Part shown: piece after piece, positions 61,801-64,000 of the stretch
Layout of the letters: each line of letters opens with the position of its first letter
How positions within the stretch are numbered: position 1 is the stretch's first letter
From: an uncultured Gemmatimonadales bacterium
Lineage (GTDB): Bacteria; Gemmatimonadota; Gemmatimonadetes; Longimicrobiales; Longimicrobiaceae
Assembly (NCBI GenBank): GCA_963701155.1
Contig: OY969570.1
Location: 4,728,333-4,792,332, forward strand
DNA: 64,000 nucleotides
Reading direction: 5' to 3'
Notes under the pieces: generated by a model
The model's input: the letters and a program-made list of their open reading frames with translations, nothing else
What the model was told of the DNA's origin: nothing
Database searches by the model: none
Position numbers and translations under genes: made by a program

Positions 61801-63495
61801 GGAGCGCTGGCGTACAGCGACGAGACCGATCGCTCGGGACGGGGCATCCGCAAGACGGAGGCGTACGAAACCGATGCCCTGGGCAACCAGCTCTCGTCGA
61901 GCTTCTGGTCGACTCCGCTCACCACGTACGTTCCGGCCGACGCGGACACGTACGCACGCGTCTACGAGCCGGCCACCGGGCGGCTGATCCGTTCCCAGTC
62001 CTCTTCGCTTCCGGCGTTCTCGTTGGATTCGAGCACCTACGATCCCGCGGGCAACCGCGTCTTCTCGGGCTCGCGCCGCGCAGGCAAGGCTCCCTATGGG
62101 CTCACACGGGAGTGGCAGAGGCAATCGATCTATGAGGAGCCGACGGACGCGGTCACGGACGAGCGGGCGACCTACTACTACGGAGCGGATGAGCGGCTGC
62201 GGGTAGTGGACCGCCGCGGGTGCCTGTCGTTCTACCCCTATTACAACCGGCAGGGGTGCGACCAGCAGATGGAGCCCGCCTTCGAGAAGAAGAGCGCGTT
62301 CGAGGAGTACCGCTACGACGCACTGGGCCGGCGCGTGCTGGTGCGCACACGGCAGGAGTTCGCGTGCACCAGCAACTGCTTCCGCCAGCTTCGCCGCGCC
62401 ATCTGGGACGGCGACCAGCTCCTCTACGAGATCGCCGCCCCCGGCCAGAGCGGCGCCGGCCCCGCCATGATGGAGCGCGACACGGGGCTTGCTCCCAGCT
62501 TCAAGACGGGCTTCTACCAGACCGGCCGCGTGGAGTACGTGCACGGCGCCGAGCTGGACGCGCCCCTGGCCCTCTACCGCGCCGAGTACAGCGACAGCAT
62601 CGGCGGCGGCTACTACATCCCGCTCGCAAACTGGAAGGGCTCCTACGACGGCGGCTACTCCATCGAGCAATGCTACACGCGTGAGTGGTCCACCGCAGTA
62701 GCGCCGCCCGTCGGCCCGCAGATCGGCAGCGACACGACGAAGAGCAACGCCACCTCGGGCACCGAGGAGCTGTGCCCCACCATCGAGTGGCCGGCGCAGC
62801 ACGAGTGGACCGCCCGCCAGTACCGGCGCGGCTACGGAGGCCCGCGCACCTGGATGGGCAGCCTCATCTACGGCCAGCGCGACTTCTCGGGTCTGCACTA
62901 CCGCCGCAACCGCTTCTACGACTCCGAGCAGGGCCGCTTCACCCAGGAGGATCCGATCGGGCTGGCTGGAGGGATCAACCTCTACGGCTTTGCGAACGGC
63001 GACCCGGTCGGGTATTCTGATCCCTTCGGGTTGAGCGCTGAGGACAACACCGGAGACTGCCGCATTAAAGCGACCCGTTGCCCTAGGAGCGCACAAGAAC
63101 TTGTGCGCAATCGTGATGTGCAGCGATTTGCGCGGGAGCTGCTACGCCGGTCCCGTGCCGACAACGGACGCGAGTATGGAGCATTCTTGTTCCGTAACCG
63201 CGATGGCTCAATCCGGATGGGACAAGTGTATCGAGGACAGAGGGGCACCACGGCAGGGTCAGGCATGCCGTCAGGAGAGAACATGCCAGCCAACGCAATT
63301 GCCCGAGTTCACACGCACCCTGATGAGGTACATTCGGGTGGTTTTGTTCTTCCAGGTCGGGAGGTTCCGAGTCCCGGTGACGTGATCAACGCCAACCGGG
63401 GGCATGTCTGGGGAGTGGTTGTCACTGAAAGGAAGTTGCTCATAATCCCCGTCGACAAGAACACGTATCAAACTTACGACCGCCCTCAACCATAG
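58864..63495 (+). CDS. Rhs/YD-repeat polymorphic toxin with Sec-like signal and JAB-like C-terminus (1543 aa)
   Basis: GAGGA RBS; many YD repeats; core end RNRFYDSEQGRFTQEDPIGLAGGINLYGFANGDPVGYSDPFGL; C-terminus REYG...HTHP...PSPGD. Confidence 0.93.
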   Translation: MKHLTRILALAAALASSGVLAAGTLMGGTAPPQVSVADVNPGTAVERDLCLSVSVGPGAASECGDLRLAHALPAVRTLNQARAPVLLYNSQHASPHPVVAAHVMLPSGAAGLSRVVAILRVNGTPRGQGVWKGTAWPGGGPVRIAVGYDAGGDATGPYRYALEVRAHYGTTVVADTARGELVVVNRRESPFGAGWWLAGLERLVMDPTGRPLLWVGGDGSTRRYTVTADTAVWGAASLDRPDTLKRAGAGWERILPGGVRVRFDAAGNHVATRSRVGYETSFGYVGGRLGSVSVPPAGSALSYSFVYGTDGFLQRVEAPGVQGTRTVTLTRAGDELSIQDPDGTRIAFTHADGTRRRIVARSDRLGRTTVFRYDAGGRIASSRHDLAGDSIVTRLTALESLGLAAAVDTAQAFALLDGPRTDVLDHTRLWLDRWGAPRRVRDALGRETRITRGDPRFPALVTRVEQPGGRVMGAEYDGRGNLAAQTDSSTRNAAGRYATTRYAYDTRWDAVTRVTLPEGEVTISEYDDSARVRWVQQGNDTLRRTRFLYHPLGVNGGGLPSSVKGPLATAERMAYDALGNLQESSTVDQGTTLRTHHQRDAIGRDTLVTNPAGARSILRYDAAGRVVETLSIGPATEYNNQLTFQLVGIPEQKLWVYSYFDAEGRPDSIARGQSPDPSAIGRIVTRWRRDALGRQVQEIAPDATPANLADNPRDSTVFDAAGNAVAVRSRRGLWTRMEYDALSRLTARRGDAASYGPLAVVVGDSIRRTLRFPLFAQDAEGNFTLANTTGSAGLTIRGDTATFEYDAAGNMTGAINRDAVVRREYNVNGTMRSETQRIRTYAGLDTTAHTYRLEYTYDLNGRRTSLTHPQIFDLSAPRQTGYGYDTIAGALAFVSDPNGGGYTYRYDLAGRVDQRTRGSVVEAFSYDSLGRLEHRVETSGGVAVHDDHLAYKDSTGKLIAVTSSVTGKSGSANLAYTGMGALAYSDETDRSGRGIRKTEAYETDALGNQLSSSFWSTPLTTYVPADADTYARVYEPATGRLIRSQSSSLPAFSLDSSTYDPAGNRVFSGSRRAGKAPYGLTREWQRQSIYEEPTDAVTDERATYYYGADERLRVVDRRGCLSFYPYYNRQGCDQQMEPAFEKKSAFEEYRYDALGRRVLVRTRQEFACTSNCFRQLRRAIWDGDQLLYEIAAPGQSGAGPAMMERDTGLAPSFKTGFYQTGRVEYVHGAELDAPLALYRAEYSDSIGGGYYIPLANWKGSYDGGYSIEQCYTREWSTAVAPPVGPQIGSDTTKSNATSGTEELCPTIEWPAQHEWTARQYRRGYGGPRTWMGSLIYGQRDFSGLHYRRNRFYDSEQGRFTQEDPIGLAGGINLYGFANGDPVGYSDPFGLSAEDNTGDCRIKATRCPRSAQELVRNRDVQRFARELLRRSRADNGREYGAFLFRNRDGSIRMGQVYRGQRGTTAGSGMPSGENMPANAIARVHTHPDEVHSGGFVLPGREVPSPGDVINANRGHVWGVVVTERKLLIIPVDKNTYQTYDRPQP

Positions 63496-63502
63496 GGGTA
63501 CG

Positions 63503-63910
63503 ATGCGACATATTGCATTTGCGGTGATGCTAGGGACTGTGTGGATTCTCCACGGCTGTGCGAATCCTCGCAATTCCGTAGACGGGCCACCCGATTGCGC
63601 TGATCAAGCGCTACGGATCGACATCCCCTACCCAGACTCGTTGCGGAACGTAGATGTCTGCAAACTGGTTCGAAGTGGTATATCCGCGATCGGGGCTACA
63701 ACTCCTCAATCCGGCCTTGTGCCATCCGACACAATGCGGCTGACCAAGGTGACCATCATCCCCCTAGCTGAGACGCACCAAAGTGGAGTTGCAAAGCGGG
63801 CATGGATCATGGAGTTCTCCCTTCGTGGTCGCGACTACGCTGCTCAAGTTGTGGTGAACCGGGAGACTGGTGGTGCCGAAGCTTTCCGGACTCACGCGTC
63901 GCAGTTCTGA
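63503..63910 (+). CDS. Lipoprotein, candidate immunity protein
   Basis: 7 nt after the Rhs stop; lipobox LHGC; same A/T-richer composition as the toxin tip. Confidence 0.7.
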   Translation: MRHIAFAVMLGTVWILHGCANPRNSVDGPPDCADQALRIDIPYPDSLRNVDVCKLVRSGISAIGATTPQSGLVPSDTMRLTKVTIIPLAETHQSGVAKRAWIMEFSLRGRDYAAQVVVNRETGGAEAFRTHASQF

Positions 63911-64000
63911 TACGGAAGCTAAGTCTCCGTAGGTGACCATATGACGCGGGGCCGTTGTGAACCGTAGTCGCAGCCAGCAACGACGAAGAGGTCCGATCGG

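Overview
Very GC-rich bacterial DNA; the style resembles Gemmatimonadota/Longimicrobium (inference only). Five blocks. (1) 1-4 kb: a TPR-like exported protein, an HEXXH lipoprotein and a small hypothetical. (2) 4.1-33.5 kb: a Wzx/Wzy surface-polysaccharide locus with a degenerate CpsB-type phosphatase, fcl, WecA/MraY-family transferase, 13-14 glycosyltransferases, 6 methyltransferases, Wzy, Wzx and Wzc. Its Wza-like exporter lies at 43.2 kb. (3) 33.6-43.0 kb, minus strand, between wzc and wza: a lasso-peptide-type RiPP operon. It has two exported proteins, RRE/PqqD, a cyclase, a 45-aa precursor missing from the ORF track (38985-39122), an HPr-like kinase, a PRMT-fold methyltransferase, a nucleotidyltransferase and an ABC exporter, with no visible B2 peptidase. 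The predicted core starts with Thr (TTVSNNMNDPGNGSQSMT). (4) 44-54 kb: a receiver protein, PilC, a lytic transglycosylase in frame with PilB, a PilD-like peptidase and envelope proteins. (5) 53.9-64 kb: an ImmA/XRE switch, a Zn-ribbon gene, a phage tail-fibre cassette bracketed by a repeated hairpin, and an Rhs protein with a JAB-like C-terminus plus a lipoprotein. All calls come from reading motifs by eye; no searches were run.
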